A stretch of DNA of 64,000 nt from Chlamydiales bacterium. GTDB taxonomy: Bacteria; Chlamydiota; Chlamydiia; Chlamydiales; CALTSX01. Each line of letters starts with the position of its first letter. Position 1 is the first letter of the stretch. The notes under the pieces are model-generated. The model saw only the letters and a program-made list of their open reading frames with translations, had not been told where the DNA came from and did not search any database. Below are positions 1 through 9,804 of this stretch, one piece after another. The position numbers were made by a program, and so were the translations under genes. The stretch covers positions 1,949 through 65,948 of the forward strand of contig JBOFEG010000021.1 of the NCBI GenBank assembly GCA_051647685.1. The letters are read 5' to 3'.

Positions 1-383
1 TTAAGAGCACCATTTAAAATAATTTTTTTGCTCCATCGAAAACATTTTTTAGGTAGAACTGTTGTATAAACCTTATACTCTGCTTTACCGTCTTTTGCTA
101 TATATTCATGAAGAGCAATCGGCTTTTGACTAAGCTTTGGAAGTAATTGCTCACGACAAGAATAAGAGGGGGAAGATGGGAATGCAATTTCAAATTTTTT
201 AGTAGGTACAAAAGTATTGAGATTTGTGTCGTCTATTTTAGGTATTTCAGTTCTTGTAGAAATGGATTCTGTAACTGGACATTTCTGGAAATTAGGTAAA
301 TAAGGAATTATACTTACAAATAATGAAAAAACAAAAATTAATAAAATTATTTTTTTATTTTTATGCAAACAATTTAATTTCAT
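1..383 (-). CDS. hypothetical exported/membrane protein, 3' end outside window
   Basis: Absent from the ORF track because it runs off the left edge. My reverse-strand translation from ATG (381-383) gives MKLNCLHKNKKIILLIFVFSLFVSIIPYLPNFQKCPVTES..., a signal-peptide-like hydrophobic N-terminus. The frame stays open to position 1. Confidence 0.4.
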   Translation of the reverse strand, partial: MKLNCLHKNKKIILLIFVFSLFVSIIPYLPNFQKCPVTESISTRTEIPKIDDTNLNTFVPTKKFEIAFPSSPSYSCREQLLPKLSQKPIALHEYIAKDGKAEYKVYTTVLPKKCFRWSKKIILNGAL

Positions 384-456
384 ATTAATATGATAAATAT
401 GTTTTATAATTAATTTCAATATTAATTAAATAGTTTAAATAAACTTAATAACATTA

Positions 457-1566
457 TTAGATAGAATGAATAGTATCTAAGTTAAGTGACTCTTGTCGGC
501 CATAGTAAGATAAACCTGAGGATTGAATAATTGCACCCCCAAGGCATATATTCCCGGAGTAGAAAACGATCGCTTGTCCTGGGGTGATAGCGCGTTGTGG
601 CCTTTTAAAGGTAACTTTCAAAGAGTTAGTAGATTCAAGAGTAACTGTACAAGCCTGCTGAAGTTGTCGATAGCGAATTTTAGCTGTGCAATGAAGAGGA
701 AAAAGAGAGGAGACTAGCGTTGATCGAATGGCTATTAAAGAGTCGGCATATAAGGCCGGATGATCCCTACCTTGTGCTACAAAAATTGTATTAGTATCTA
801 TTTCCTTTTTTACTACGAACCAAGCTTCGCCAGGTCCTCCAATACCTAGATTTTTTCTCTGCCCGAGTGTATAAAAATAAGCGCCTGTATGAGTTCCGAG
901 TCTCTGGCCTTCAATCGAATAAATAGCACCACTTTTTATTGGAATATACTGTTGTACAAAATGATAGAAATTCCTCTTTCCAATAAAACAGATTCCAGTG
1001 CTGTCTTTTTTAGAGTGAACTGGCAAGCCATGATCTTTCGCAATTTTTCTTACAGATTCTTTAGTGTATTTCCCTAGTGGAAATAACACAGATTGCATTT
1101 GATTCTTTTGTAATGGATATAGGAAATAGGTTTGATCTTTATTAGCGTCCACTGCTCGGCATAGCTGTAGGTTTGTAATTTGTGCATAGTGACCTGTCGC
1201 TAAGTGGCTCGCTCCTGTTCGCAAAACTTTCTGAAGAAAAATGTTAAATTTAATTTTTTCATTACATAAAATGTCTGGATTAGGCGTGAGGCCAAGCTTC
1301 AGATCCCGAATGAACAATGTGAAGACTTCCTCAAAATATTCTTTTGTAAAATTTGTAGTATAATAGGAAATATTAAGGTGATCGCAAACCCGGATGACAT
1401 CATCCATATCTCTTTGAGAGTGACATTTGCCATTTATATCTGTCTCTTCCCAGTTTTTCATATACATGCCGGTAACACTATAGCCCTGTTGTTTCAAAAG
1501 AAGAGCCGTAACCGATGAATCGACACCTCCGGACATACCAACAATAATAGAAGGGGAATATGACAT
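457..1566 (-). CDS. mnmA: tRNA-specific 2-thiouridylase MnmA
   Basis: 369-aa ORF with an N-terminal PP-loop (MSGGVDSSV). Length and layout are typical of MnmA, including the GICFIG segment. Confidence 0.93.
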   Translation of the reverse strand: MSYSPSIIVGMSGGVDSSVTALLLKQQGYSVTGMYMKNWEETDINGKCHSQRDMDDVIRVCDHLNISYYTTNFTKEYFEEVFTLFIRDLKLGLTPNPDILCNEKIKFNIFLQKVLRTGASHLATGHYAQITNLQLCRAVDANKDQTYFLYPLQKNQMQSVLFPLGKYTKESVRKIAKDHGLPVHSKKDSTGICFIGKRNFYHFVQQYIPIKSGAIYSIEGQRLGTHTGAYFYTLGQRKNLGIGGPGEAWFVVKKEIDTNTIFVAQGRDHPALYADSLIAIRSTLVSSLFPLHCTAKIRYRQLQQACTVTLESTNSLKVTFKRPQRAITPGQAIVFYSGNICLGGAIIQSSGLSYYGRQESLNLDTIHSI

Positions 1567-1643
1567 AATTAATGGTTAGTAAATTTTATCTTATTAATTA
1601 TATCCATATTCTATAAATATTACAATTAGGAATCCCAATATAA

Positions 1644-2279
1644 ATGTATCAAATAATAGATAGAGATCTAAACGCAGTAGGGAGTCTAATGAATCCTGTC
1701 ATAAAATTTGTTACAAAAATGCATTTGAGACATTCTATAGATAATATTCTAATAAATAGATTTTTTTTATCGACAATCCAGAATTTTATAGATGAGAAAG
1801 ATGCAAGATATCGATATGTAGAACAAATACCTCATACAATAGCGGCTTTAATTTATTACGTGGGTCTCTTTTGTTTTTCCTCTATGATCGCTATTTTTAA
1901 ATTAGAAGGTCGGAACTCGTATAAAAAGCTCTCTGTTACCTTTGCAACACAAGTAACTTTTGCTATTTCTTCCTTATACTTATCAATAATTGGGAGTCTT
2001 TCTCCTGATCTTGCTATGAATATTACTTTATTCTGCGGGAAAAAAATTATAGAAATTTTTGATAGAGATGAAGAAGAAACAAAAAAAATATGTGATTTTA
2101 TTAAAAATTTTTGGTCATCCTATCGGATTCGTATACAAAATTGGATGTTATCCACTCAAAAGCTAACGCCTCAAAACGGATTCAATTATCAAATGCGTGT
2201 AATGGATATACATAGAAGAGTAGAAAATCTATCAGATATAAAAAATTTATTCCAGTATGCTCTGCAGTTAAATGGCTAA
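1644..2279 (+). CDS. hypothetical membrane protein (two adjacent hydrophobic segments)
   Basis: 211-aa ORF. Hydrophobic stretches TIAALIYYVGLFCFSSMIAIF and VTFATQVTFAISSLYLSIIGSL are separated by a short polar loop. I recognise no enzymatic motif. Confidence 0.5.
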   Translation: MYQIIDRDLNAVGSLMNPVIKFVTKMHLRHSIDNILINRFFLSTIQNFIDEKDARYRYVEQIPHTIAALIYYVGLFCFSSMIAIFKLEGRNSYKKLSVTFATQVTFAISSLYLSIIGSLSPDLAMNITLFCGKKIIEIFDRDEEETKKICDFIKNFWSSYRIRIQNWMLSTQKLTPQNGFNYQMRVMDIHRRVENLSDIKNLFQYALQLNG

Positions 2280-3092
2280 TGAAAGAATTTCGGTTAATTT
2301 ATTTTGATATACAGATTCTTTAATGATAAGATGATGCGCAGCATTTTCCAGCAGAATTAATGTGAGTTGATTTGGTAGAGCTAATTTCTGGAGCGTTACG
2401 CTTGCTTTGTATGGAATTAATGCGTCTGCTTTACTGTGAAATACATAGATAGGGCATAAGACCTTTTGAATCCATAAGTCGGTACGAAGCTGGTATTTTA
2501 ATAGAAAAGTAATCAGGAATTTTGGGAAGTAGGGTTTCAATCCACTCGCTACTTCAGAGAACCGACAATAAGGCGACTCTAAAATTAGCATTTTAGGGGA
2601 GTGTTTACTAGCAAGATATGTAGCAATGCCAGTTCCAAGTGATGTCCCATAAAAAATCGTATCTTTTAAAAGATAGCGTTCTGAGAGAAATTCATACACT
2701 TTTTCTGCATCGTCAAGTATAACTTGTTCGTTATTGATAGTTCCCATGCTTTTTCCAAATCCTCGGTAATCAAATATTAAGCAGTCATAGCCTCTCTCTG
2801 TAAAATCTTTTATTACGCTACCCCATGGTTTAGCAAGATTTCCCCCTCTTCCATGAAAATAAAGTACAACGCCTTTCTTACCTTCGGAAAAAAATAACAT
2901 GGAATGTAAATGTACATTGGGTGCTACTGGAATGAAATGCTCTTCAAAAGCAGTCTCTGAAGAAAAAACATAATCTTTAGAAAGGGGAATTGATTGAAAA
3001 ATTTCTCTCTCTTGAAATAAATATAAGTAACTTGGGAAAACAATTAAATAAGTAATTAAAAATGAACTGAAAAGTTTTTTTATAGAACGCAT
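2268..3092 (-). CDS. alpha/beta-fold hydrolase
   Basis: 274-aa ORF with an N-terminal hydrophobic segment, an HGRGGN oxyanion-type motif and a GTSLGTG nucleophile elbow (GxSxG). Confidence 0.75.
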   Translation of the reverse strand: MRSIKKLFSSFLITYLIVFPSYLYLFQEREIFQSIPLSKDYVFSSETAFEEHFIPVAPNVHLHSMLFFSEGKKGVVLYFHGRGGNLAKPWGSVIKDFTERGYDCLIFDYRGFGKSMGTINNEQVILDDAEKVYEFLSERYLLKDTIFYGTSLGTGIATYLASKHSPKMLILESPYCRFSEVASGLKPYFPKFLITFLLKYQLRTDLWIQKVLCPIYVFHSKADALIPYKASVTLQKLALPNQLTLILLENAAHHLIIKESVYQNKLTEILSLAI

Positions 3093-3179
3093 ATACTATT
3101 TTACCGAATATTTCTCTCTATAAAATAAGTGTTTCTTTTTATAATGTTTAATTCAATCTTTTTTAAAAAATAATTTCAT

Positions 3180-3818
3180 ATGATATTGATAATCGATAAT
3201 TATGATAGTTTTACATTTAACTTGTATCAGATCTGCGCTACGATTTATCCCAATATTAAAATTGTACGAAATGATTGTATAGACTTATATACAATCAATC
3301 CAAATCGATATAGAGGGATTATAATTTCTCCAGGACCTGGATCGCCGGAACAATCTGGATTGTGCATCCCTATAGTACAAAAGTTTTCAGGGAGTATTCC
3401 TATTTTAGGTATATGTCTTGGACATCAAATTATCGCAAAAGCATTCGGTGGCACTGTACAGGCCGCACATACGATTATGCATGGTAAAAGATCTATACTA
3501 TGGCACAGTCAGATAGAGTTATTTGCTGGTGTAATAAATCCTTTGCATGTTGGAAGGTATCATTCTTTAATGGTATCTTTAGAAGATCTTCCTCCCATTT
3601 TTAGGATAGATGCTATGTATTCGAATCACTCAATTATGGCCATTCGACATAAGATACATCTAACATATGGACTGCAATTTCATCCAGAATCCTATTTATC
3701 AGAAGATGGGAGTGTAATTATTCGTAACTTCTTAAATATTTGCGGTGTATCGAATTTTCCCAGTAATATTTTTGATATCGATAGATTGATTGAATATAAG
3801 TGCATCGACCAAAACTAA
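3180..3818 (+). CDS. glutamine amidotransferase, anthranilate/aminodeoxychorismate synthase component II (TrpG/PabA type)
   Basis: MILIIDNYDSFTFNLYQ N-terminus, catalytic Cys in GICLGHQ, and His/Glu in QFHPES. The roughly 25-aa C-terminal tail overlaps the 3' end of the convergent aroC by 87 nt. Confidence 0.85.
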   Translation: MILIIDNYDSFTFNLYQICATIYPNIKIVRNDCIDLYTINPNRYRGIIISPGPGSPEQSGLCIPIVQKFSGSIPILGICLGHQIIAKAFGGTVQAAHTIMHGKRSILWHSQIELFAGVINPLHVGRYHSLMVSLEDLPPIFRIDAMYSNHSIMAIRHKIHLTYGLQFHPESYLSEDGSVIIRNFLNICGVSNFPSNIFDIDRLIEYKCIDQN

Positions 3819-4871
3819 AGCTGCCATAGCCTCTACGACGGGTACTGCTCGAATGGCAACGCAAGGATCATGACGAGCAGTAGCTGTGTATTGTAAAACA
3901 CTGGGAATTTTTTCAATAAAGTCTACTGTACGTTGAGGCTTTTGAATGCTAGAAGTAGGTTTGAAGGGCATTCTGCAATAGATAGGCATACCATTTGCTA
4001 TTCCACCAAGTGTACCGCCACTATGGTTTGTTATGAAGGAAATATTTTCTGAATCATCAATGTAAAATTCATCATTACTTTGAGAACCTAATTTTTGTGC
4101 AGAGAGAAATCCATCTCCAATTTCAAATCCTTTGCATGCTGGAATAGACAACATAGCTTTTGCTAAATTTGCTTCTAACTTTTCATATACTGGATCTCCA
4201 AGTCCAATGGGTAGAGGAGTAGTAAATAATTCGACTATGCCCCCTATAGAGTCTCCCAATGACTTTACGGAATGTAGTAACTTAATAATCATTTGCTCTG
4301 TATTTGGGCATGCACAAAAAATGGGACTATCTATTATTTGCTGACGTACATCAGTAATGTTATGGTCGACATAAGATGGAGATGCTATATCACCGACAGA
4401 TCGGATATATGCTATCAGATCAATACCGCATAAATGCAAAATTTTTTTTGCAATGGCTCCGGCAGCAACTCTACAAACAGTTTCTCTGGCTGATGCTCTT
4501 CCACCGCCATAGGGATCAAAAATAGTATATTTTCTCCAATAGGTAAAACTTGCGTGTCCAGGACGTAAAAGTTTTCGTATAGGGGTATAATCATCTGCAT
4601 TATTATCTCTGTTAAAGATAATAATAGAGATAGGTGCTCCTGTTGTTTTTCCTTCAAATACTCCTGAGTAAATATGAGCAATATCTAGTTCTTGTCTAGA
4701 CGTAGTATGTATATTTCTACCCGGCTTTCTATAAGATAGAACATCGGTGATTTCTTTTTCAGATAACTCCAGTCCTGCTGGACAACCATCAATGACTACT
4801 CCATAAGCTTTTCCATGAGACTCACCCCATGTCGTTATGCGAAAATGAATTCCAAAACTATTGGTGGCCAT
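3732..4871 (-). CDS. aroC: chorismate synthase
   Basis: 379 aa with the N-terminus FRITTWGESHGKAYGVVIDGCPAG and GGRASARET-type motifs. Confidence 0.95.
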   Translation of the reverse strand: MATNSFGIHFRITTWGESHGKAYGVVIDGCPAGLELSEKEITDVLSYRKPGRNIHTTSRQELDIAHIYSGVFEGKTTGAPISIIIFNRDNNADDYTPIRKLLRPGHASFTYWRKYTIFDPYGGGRASARETVCRVAAGAIAKKILHLCGIDLIAYIRSVGDIASPSYVDHNITDVRQQIIDSPIFCACPNTEQMIIKLLHSVKSLGDSIGGIVELFTTPLPIGLGDPVYEKLEANLAKAMLSIPACKGFEIGDGFLSAQKLGSQSNDEFYIDDSENISFITNHSGGTLGGIANGMPIYCRMPFKPTSSIQKPQRTVDFIEKIPSVLQYTATARHDPCVAIRAVPVVEAMAALVLVDALIFNQSIDIKNITGKIRYTANI

Positions 4872-5402
4872 AATACCCAGGATTTATATCAGCATAAAAA
4901 CTACTAAGAATATCAAGAATTTCCTCAAAGGTCTTGTCGTCTACGACTATTGTACGAGATGGGATCTTTTTCATGTATTTCAAACGATCTTCATAAAAAT
5001 GATTACAATGAGAAATATCTTTTAATTTGGACAAAAAAGCAGGTGGATCCAAGAGAAGGCGTGAGTAGAGTGTTTTTTTTGCAATTTCAAGATAGATAAA
5101 CTCTCCTAGCTTCTGTAAGAAACTGACAACTTTTGCATTACAAATAGCCCCCCCCCTAGAGCAATAACTGTATTCGATTGATTCTGTAGAGAGAAAATTG
5201 CTTCAGATTCTAATATTCTAAATTTTTTTTCTCCAAACTTTTGGTAAATCTCTCGACAAGAATAGGGTGATTTGAATCGTTTTTGATATAATTTTTCTAT
5301 TATCCTATCCGTATCGATAAAGGAAAGGGACAAATTAACAGCAAGTTTTTGTCCAATAGTAGTTTTTCCACTTCTCGGCAATCCAAATAAAATAATATTC
5401 AT
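4858..5402 (-). pseudogene. aroK: shikimate kinase interrupted by a frameshift inside a G9 (C9 on + strand) tract
   Basis: ORF 5106..5402 carries Walker A (GLPRSGKTTIG) and ends shortly after ...VIALGGG. The adjacent frame reads on from the same tract as (GG)AICNAKVVSFLQKLGEFIYLEIAKKTLYSRL...DPPAFL... and joins track ORF 4858..5052. The two pieces together give about 181 aa, the normal size for a shikimate kinase. Confidence 0.85.
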
Positions 5403-6682
5403 GGCAAAATTCTCAAATCAGCTCCTAAGTTCTGCAAATCTTGCACAAAACTACTATATGTTTTCTTGATGGGATCTATTTCATGTATGATAGATGACCC
5501 AGCAGCACCGAGCGCTGCAACAGCCAGCGATAATATAACTCGATGATCTTTATGTCCGTATAACTCCGATGATCCTTGAAGATTAGATGATTCAATAATC
5601 ATTCCATCATCAGTTTCCCAAATTATCGCTCCCATTTTGCGCAGCTCCTTTGTCATTGTAGAGATGCGATTAGATTCTTTATGTTTTGCTATACTGCCAT
5701 TCATAAGACGTGTAGTTCCTTTTGCAAAACAACCCACTACTGCCAAAATAGTAATAGCATCAATACAATCATTGACATGAATATCCATGCCCTGCAGAAA
5801 GGAAGTTTTTTTAACTCGAATAGAGTTGTTTCTAAGTTCTAAATTAGCGCCCATTCTTTGTAGAATAGTAACTACTTCTTTATCGCCTTGTACATCACTA
5901 AAATCCACATTATATAAAGTTATTTCAGAGCCTGTGATTAAAGCTGCTACTAGTGGATAAGCTGCGGAACTAAAATCACCAGGGATATTTATATGAAAAC
6001 CTGGATAGGAAATCTTGCCTCTTATTTTATAATGGGAATAACCCGTTCGAAGATATGGAATCTTTAGCTTTTGTAGCCAATATAGAGTCATATCAATCCA
6101 AGGGCGTTCCCCGGGATTCTTTACAAATATATCTGTTATACCTTCTATGAAAGCAGCAGCAATAAGTAGAGCAGAGACAGGTTGAGAATCTTCTCCACAT
6201 ACGTGGATTGTACCTGAAACGGGAGGGCCTTTAATAATAATAGGTGCTCCTCCATGGGCCTGCGTTGCGTAGGCTAAAACTCTTAATTGCCGTAATCCAT
6301 CAATTAGAGGTCTTATGGGACGACTATTGCGAATGGAATAATCACCAGTAATAATAGTATGACCATTCGATAATCCAGCTATTGCCCCGATTAACCGAAA
6401 TACAAGACCGGAATTACCAGAATCAATGATATTTTCTGCGATTGGTAGATTACCGTCATTGCCCTCTATCATTAAATAATTGCAATGCTTCTTAATCCGA
6501 GTATGAAATTGGCGTGCTGCTGAAATCATAGCCTCTGTGTCGGGAGAATGCAAATAGTTTACAATCACCGATGTTCCTCTACCCATCATACCAAATATAA
6601 TGGCCCGAAGTGTATGGGATTTAGAGGGAGGTACGGTAATATTTCCGTTAAGAATACTTGGATTAATTAGTAGTTTTTTCAT
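5399..6682 (-). CDS. aroA: 3-phosphoshikimate 1-carboxyvinyltransferase (EPSP synthase)
   Basis: 427 aa with the PPSKSHTLRAIIFG motif. It overlaps aroK by 4 nt and aroB by about 20 nt, consistent with operon coupling. Confidence 0.95.
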   Translation of the reverse strand: MKKLLINPSILNGNITVPPSKSHTLRAIIFGMMGRGTSVIVNYLHSPDTEAMISAARQFHTRIKKHCNYLMIEGNDGNLPIAENIIDSGNSGLVFRLIGAIAGLSNGHTIITGDYSIRNSRPIRPLIDGLRQLRVLAYATQAHGGAPIIIKGPPVSGTIHVCGEDSQPVSALLIAAAFIEGITDIFVKNPGERPWIDMTLYWLQKLKIPYLRTGYSHYKIRGKISYPGFHINIPGDFSSAAYPLVAALITGSEITLYNVDFSDVQGDKEVVTILQRMGANLELRNNSIRVKKTSFLQGMDIHVNDCIDAITILAVVGCFAKGTTRLMNGSIAKHKESNRISTMTKELRKMGAIIWETDDGMIIESSNLQGSSELYGHKDHRVILSLAVAALGAAGSSIIHEIDPIKKTYSSFVQDLQNLGADLRILP

Positions 6683-7799
6683 GGGTTCTATCGGAAAAGT
6701 TGCTGATAAGCCAATGAATTACTTGGCTCCAATAAACCTCATCTACTAAATGTAGGTAACTTGGATGGTTGGATACTGTACCAATAGCTGTGAGTAAAAC
6801 ACAATGAGGAACTGAAGAAATAGTTTTTTTATCTCGCAAAGTAGCGGCAAGTATATCTGAAGAACTTATATGAGATGAAATTCTAAGATCGAAGGAATAA
6901 TTTTTTATAAGAGAATAAATTCGCATAAAATCTGAGTAGGATAGTCTTTTCATATGATAGCTGAGATAAGCCTCACCCAGAATTCCGATTGCTACCGCTT
7001 GACCGTGAGAAATAGTATATTTCTCACACACTTCAATCGCATGTGCAAGGGTATGCCCAAAGTTGAGTATATGGCGAATGCCTTGATCATAGAGATCTAG
7101 CTGTACAATGTTCTGTTTTATCTCTACACTACGTTTAATAATAAGAAGGAGAGAGTCTATGGATTCTTCTTCCCAATTCGGAATGTTTTTTTCTAATAAT
7201 TCAAATAGCGTAGCATCATAGATACATCCATATTTGATAATTTCTGCAAATCCGGAAATTAGTTCTTGAGATGACAAAGTCTTTAAAAACCAGATGTCTA
7301 TGTAAACTGTTTTCGGGAAATAAAAAGTTCCAAGGAGATTTTTCCCAAGCGATGTATTAATAGCTGTTTTCCCGCCAATGCTAGCATCAATCATAGAGAG
7401 CAATGAAGTTGGAATGAGATGTAGCTGTACGCCCCGAAGATAGGTAGATGCAAGGAAACCTGCTAAATCTGTTATAGTACCACCGCCAAACGCCACAATG
7501 GAAGTATACCGATCAATATGCCTTTGGAACAGTTCATCTTCCAATTTCTCTTTGACGTGTCTAGATTTTAGTGATTCTCCGGATGGGAGAATGTATACAA
7601 AAATGTGAGAAGTCACTTGAACCAGTTTATGAATAAAATTTGTATAGCATCGATACACATTACTATCGGTAATTAGGACAATAGAAGATGAATTGTCTAT
7701 AATTTGCTGCCATAAACTACTATTTGCAAATAGATTTTTTCCAATATAGAGATGTGTTGTATGTTGTTTTTCTATAACCTGTAGAGTAATATGTTCCAT
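6663..7799 (-). CDS. aroB: 3-dehydroquinate synthase
   Basis: GGGTITDLAGF nucleotide-binding motif and GHTLAHAIE metal-binding motif. The track ORF starts at 7859, but the internal ATG at 7799 (MEHITLQVIEK...) fits the family N-terminus and leaves a 58-bp divergent intergenic region. Confidence 0.9.
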   Translation of the reverse strand: MEHITLQVIEKQHTTHLYIGKNLFANSSLWQQIIDNSSSIVLITDSNVYRCYTNFIHKLVQVTSHIFVYILPSGESLKSRHVKEKLEDELFQRHIDRYTSIVAFGGGTITDLAGFLASTYLRGVQLHLIPTSLLSMIDASIGGKTAINTSLGKNLLGTFYFPKTVYIDIWFLKTLSSQELISGFAEIIKYGCIYDATLFELLEKNIPNWEEESIDSLLLIIKRSVEIKQNIVQLDLYDQGIRHILNFGHTLAHAIEVCEKYTISHGQAVAIGILGEAYLSYHMKRLSYSDFMRIYSLIKNYSFDLRISSHISSSDILAATLRDKKTISSVPHCVLLTAIGTVSNHPSYLHLVDEVYWSQVIHWLISNFSDRTHEKTTN

Positions 7800-7857
7800 A
7801 TATAGCAAATATAAATGGCAATATAATAAGTTCTCGAAGTGAATTTGTTCTAGTCTC

Positions 7858-9339
7858 ATGTTAATTTTAGTATTAAATAGATCCAGTTATTCTGAAAATA
7901 TAGCTTTAATCGAACAAACAAAAGCAAAAGTAGAAGGTTATGAATTATGCATAGATCTGCTTGAAGAAATTTCTATTTTACAAATAAAAAAGATCCGAAA
8001 TATAGCGCAACTGCCAATAATTTTTACTTGGAAGAATTCTGTATATAATCAATCCATAATTCATGGTTTAGCGACATTACAACCCGATTTTTTTGATTTT
8101 GATTACACCGCTCCGATTTCCATAATTGAAGATGTGCTATCAGTGTCTCCCAATACAAAAATAATTGTATCAATACACGATTATATTCAAACTCCCAATG
8201 ACTTAACCTACCTTCTCAACCGAGTAAGATGTCTTCCTGCCCATATATATAAAATCGCCACTTTTGCAAGAAGTGTAACTGATGGACTCCGCATGATGCA
8301 GTTTATGATAGAATATGGGGGTCGATATAGATTGATCGGTATCTGTATGGGGAATTTAGGACAATTAACTCGTATAGCAGCTCCGATTATTGGGAGTGTC
8401 ATGCACTATTGTTATAGTGGAAGAGCAAGCGCTCCTGGGCAATTTTCTATAGAGGAATTACTAGAAGTATATTTTTATAAAAGAATAAATCGTAATACGC
8501 AAATTCTTGCTTTACTTGGCAATCCAGTTTGCTATAGTCCATCGCATTATACGCATAATTCGATCTTTTTTACCTTCCAATTGCCAGTGGTATATATAAA
8601 ATTACAATTAGAATTAGAAGAACTGGCTACTTTTTGCACATCGATTAGAAGTCTTCCCTTTTTAGGATGTAGCGTTACTATGCCTTTCAAAAAAGCTATC
8701 ATTCCCTTTTTGGGTAGCATTTCTGATATGGTGAAAATCACTCAGTCTGTGAATACAATCCACATTAAAAGTAATAGGTTACTTGGGTATAATTTTGATG
8801 CTTCAGGTGCTCTAGATGCTATAGAAGAAACCATTTCTATATCTAATCGACATATAGTAATTCTGGGAGGGGGCGGAACAGCAAAGTCTATTGCTGTTGA
8901 GGCTAAAAACCGAGGAGCGACGGTTACCATCCTGAATCGATCTTTAGAAAAGATCACTAATTTTGCCAGTGAATTACATATTAGATGTGGAACTTTAGAT
9001 GATTTTGAAGAAATAGCACAGGAGGGATATGATATTGTTTGCAATGCTACTTGTCTTGGAATGGGGGGAAGAGTAGAAACACCTATTCCATCCCATAAAT
9101 TACTACCTGAAAGATATGTCATGGATGTAGTTTTCTCGGCAGGTCATACATCTTTTACTTCGGCAGCAGCGGAATTACATTGCTCTATTATATATGGAAA
9201 AAGTATGTTTGTAAAACAGGCGATCTATCAAATGCGTACCTGGATTTGCGATACACTTGATTCGATAACAGTAGAAGAAATCATGGCAAATCGTATACAG
9301 GAATACACAGATAAATCAGTTAGAGTTATCAATCTATAA
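7858..9339 (+). CDS. aroDE: bifunctional 3-dehydroquinate dehydratase / shikimate 5-dehydrogenase (fused AroD-AroE)
   Basis: 493 aa. The C-terminal half has the SVTMPFK shikimate-dehydrogenase motif and a GGGGTAKSIAVEA Rossmann loop. The N-terminal ~220 aa is the size of a type I DHQase. As I recall, this fusion is known in Chlamydia. Confidence 0.88.
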   Translation: MLILVLNRSSYSENIALIEQTKAKVEGYELCIDLLEEISILQIKKIRNIAQLPIIFTWKNSVYNQSIIHGLATLQPDFFDFDYTAPISIIEDVLSVSPNTKIIVSIHDYIQTPNDLTYLLNRVRCLPAHIYKIATFARSVTDGLRMMQFMIEYGGRYRLIGICMGNLGQLTRIAAPIIGSVMHYCYSGRASAPGQFSIEELLEVYFYKRINRNTQILALLGNPVCYSPSHYTHNSIFFTFQLPVVYIKLQLELEELATFCTSIRSLPFLGCSVTMPFKKAIIPFLGSISDMVKITQSVNTIHIKSNRLLGYNFDASGALDAIEETISISNRHIVILGGGGTAKSIAVEAKNRGATVTILNRSLEKITNFASELHIRCGTLDDFEEIAQEGYDIVCNATCLGMGGRVETPIPSHKLLPERYVMDVVFSAGHTSFTSAAAELHCSIIYGKSMFVKQAIYQMRTWICDTLDSITVEEIMANRIQEYTDKSVRVINL

Positions 9340-9393
9340 ATTTGAAGTTATTGAAATTTTTTTGTGAATTACCATAAATTCTAAAATTAAAAA

Positions 9394-9801
9394 TCAACTT
9401 TCATTGTTTGCTATCTTCTTTTTCATAATCCATTTTTGACTAAAACTTCCTTTTTCCTTTATTTTGTCTTGGTGTACTATATCCATTTGTTGCAAGGATG
9501 TCCCCATCTCAATACAAAAAGCATTCAAAACTTCAACAATATCAGCCATTTCTTCAAGACATGGATTTTCTAAAAATTCGTCCACTTCCTCATGCAGTTT
9601 TTTCTTTAAAAAATATAAAAACTCTCTAGGGGTTGCTTCATGAAAGTCTGCGATAGAAGATTCTTTTTGCATTATTTCAGGAATACGATCTCGAACAAGT
9701 TTTTTTACATAATTTCTTTGGGATTTATTGTTCATATTGGAAAAACTAGAAGTAATAGGAAGAACTATCAATAACATTAAAAATGTGAAGAAAGTATTCA
9801 T
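9394..9801 (-). CDS. MazG-like all-alpha NTP pyrophosphohydrolase family protein
   Basis: KLVRDRIPEIM ... LHEEVDEFLE ... EEMADIVEVLNAF pattern typical of MazG/PRA-PH-like house-cleaning pyrophosphatases. The true start may be the internal ATG at 9735 (MNNKSQRNYVKKLVRD). Confidence 0.65.
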   Translation of the reverse strand: MNTFFTFLMLLIVLPITSSFSNMNNKSQRNYVKKLVRDRIPEIMQKESSIADFHEATPREFLYFLKKKLHEEVDEFLENPCLEEMADIVEVLNAFCIEMGTSLQQMDIVHQDKIKEKGSFSQKWIMKKKIANNES

Positions 9802-9804
9802 AAA

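Noticed and set aside
7857-7860. CATG palindrome that would make the aroB and aroDE start codons overlap head-to-head
   Set aside because: The aroB family N-terminus aligns better with the internal ATG at 7799 (MEHITLQVIEK). The 20-codon extension to 7859 is probably not translated, which leaves a normal 58-bp divergent promoter region.
8208-9122. Minus-strand ORFs 8208..8402, 8547..8741 and 8742..9122 inside aroDE
   Set aside because: They are entirely antisense to a well-supported 493-aa CDS and have no recognisable motifs. They are typical shadow ORFs.
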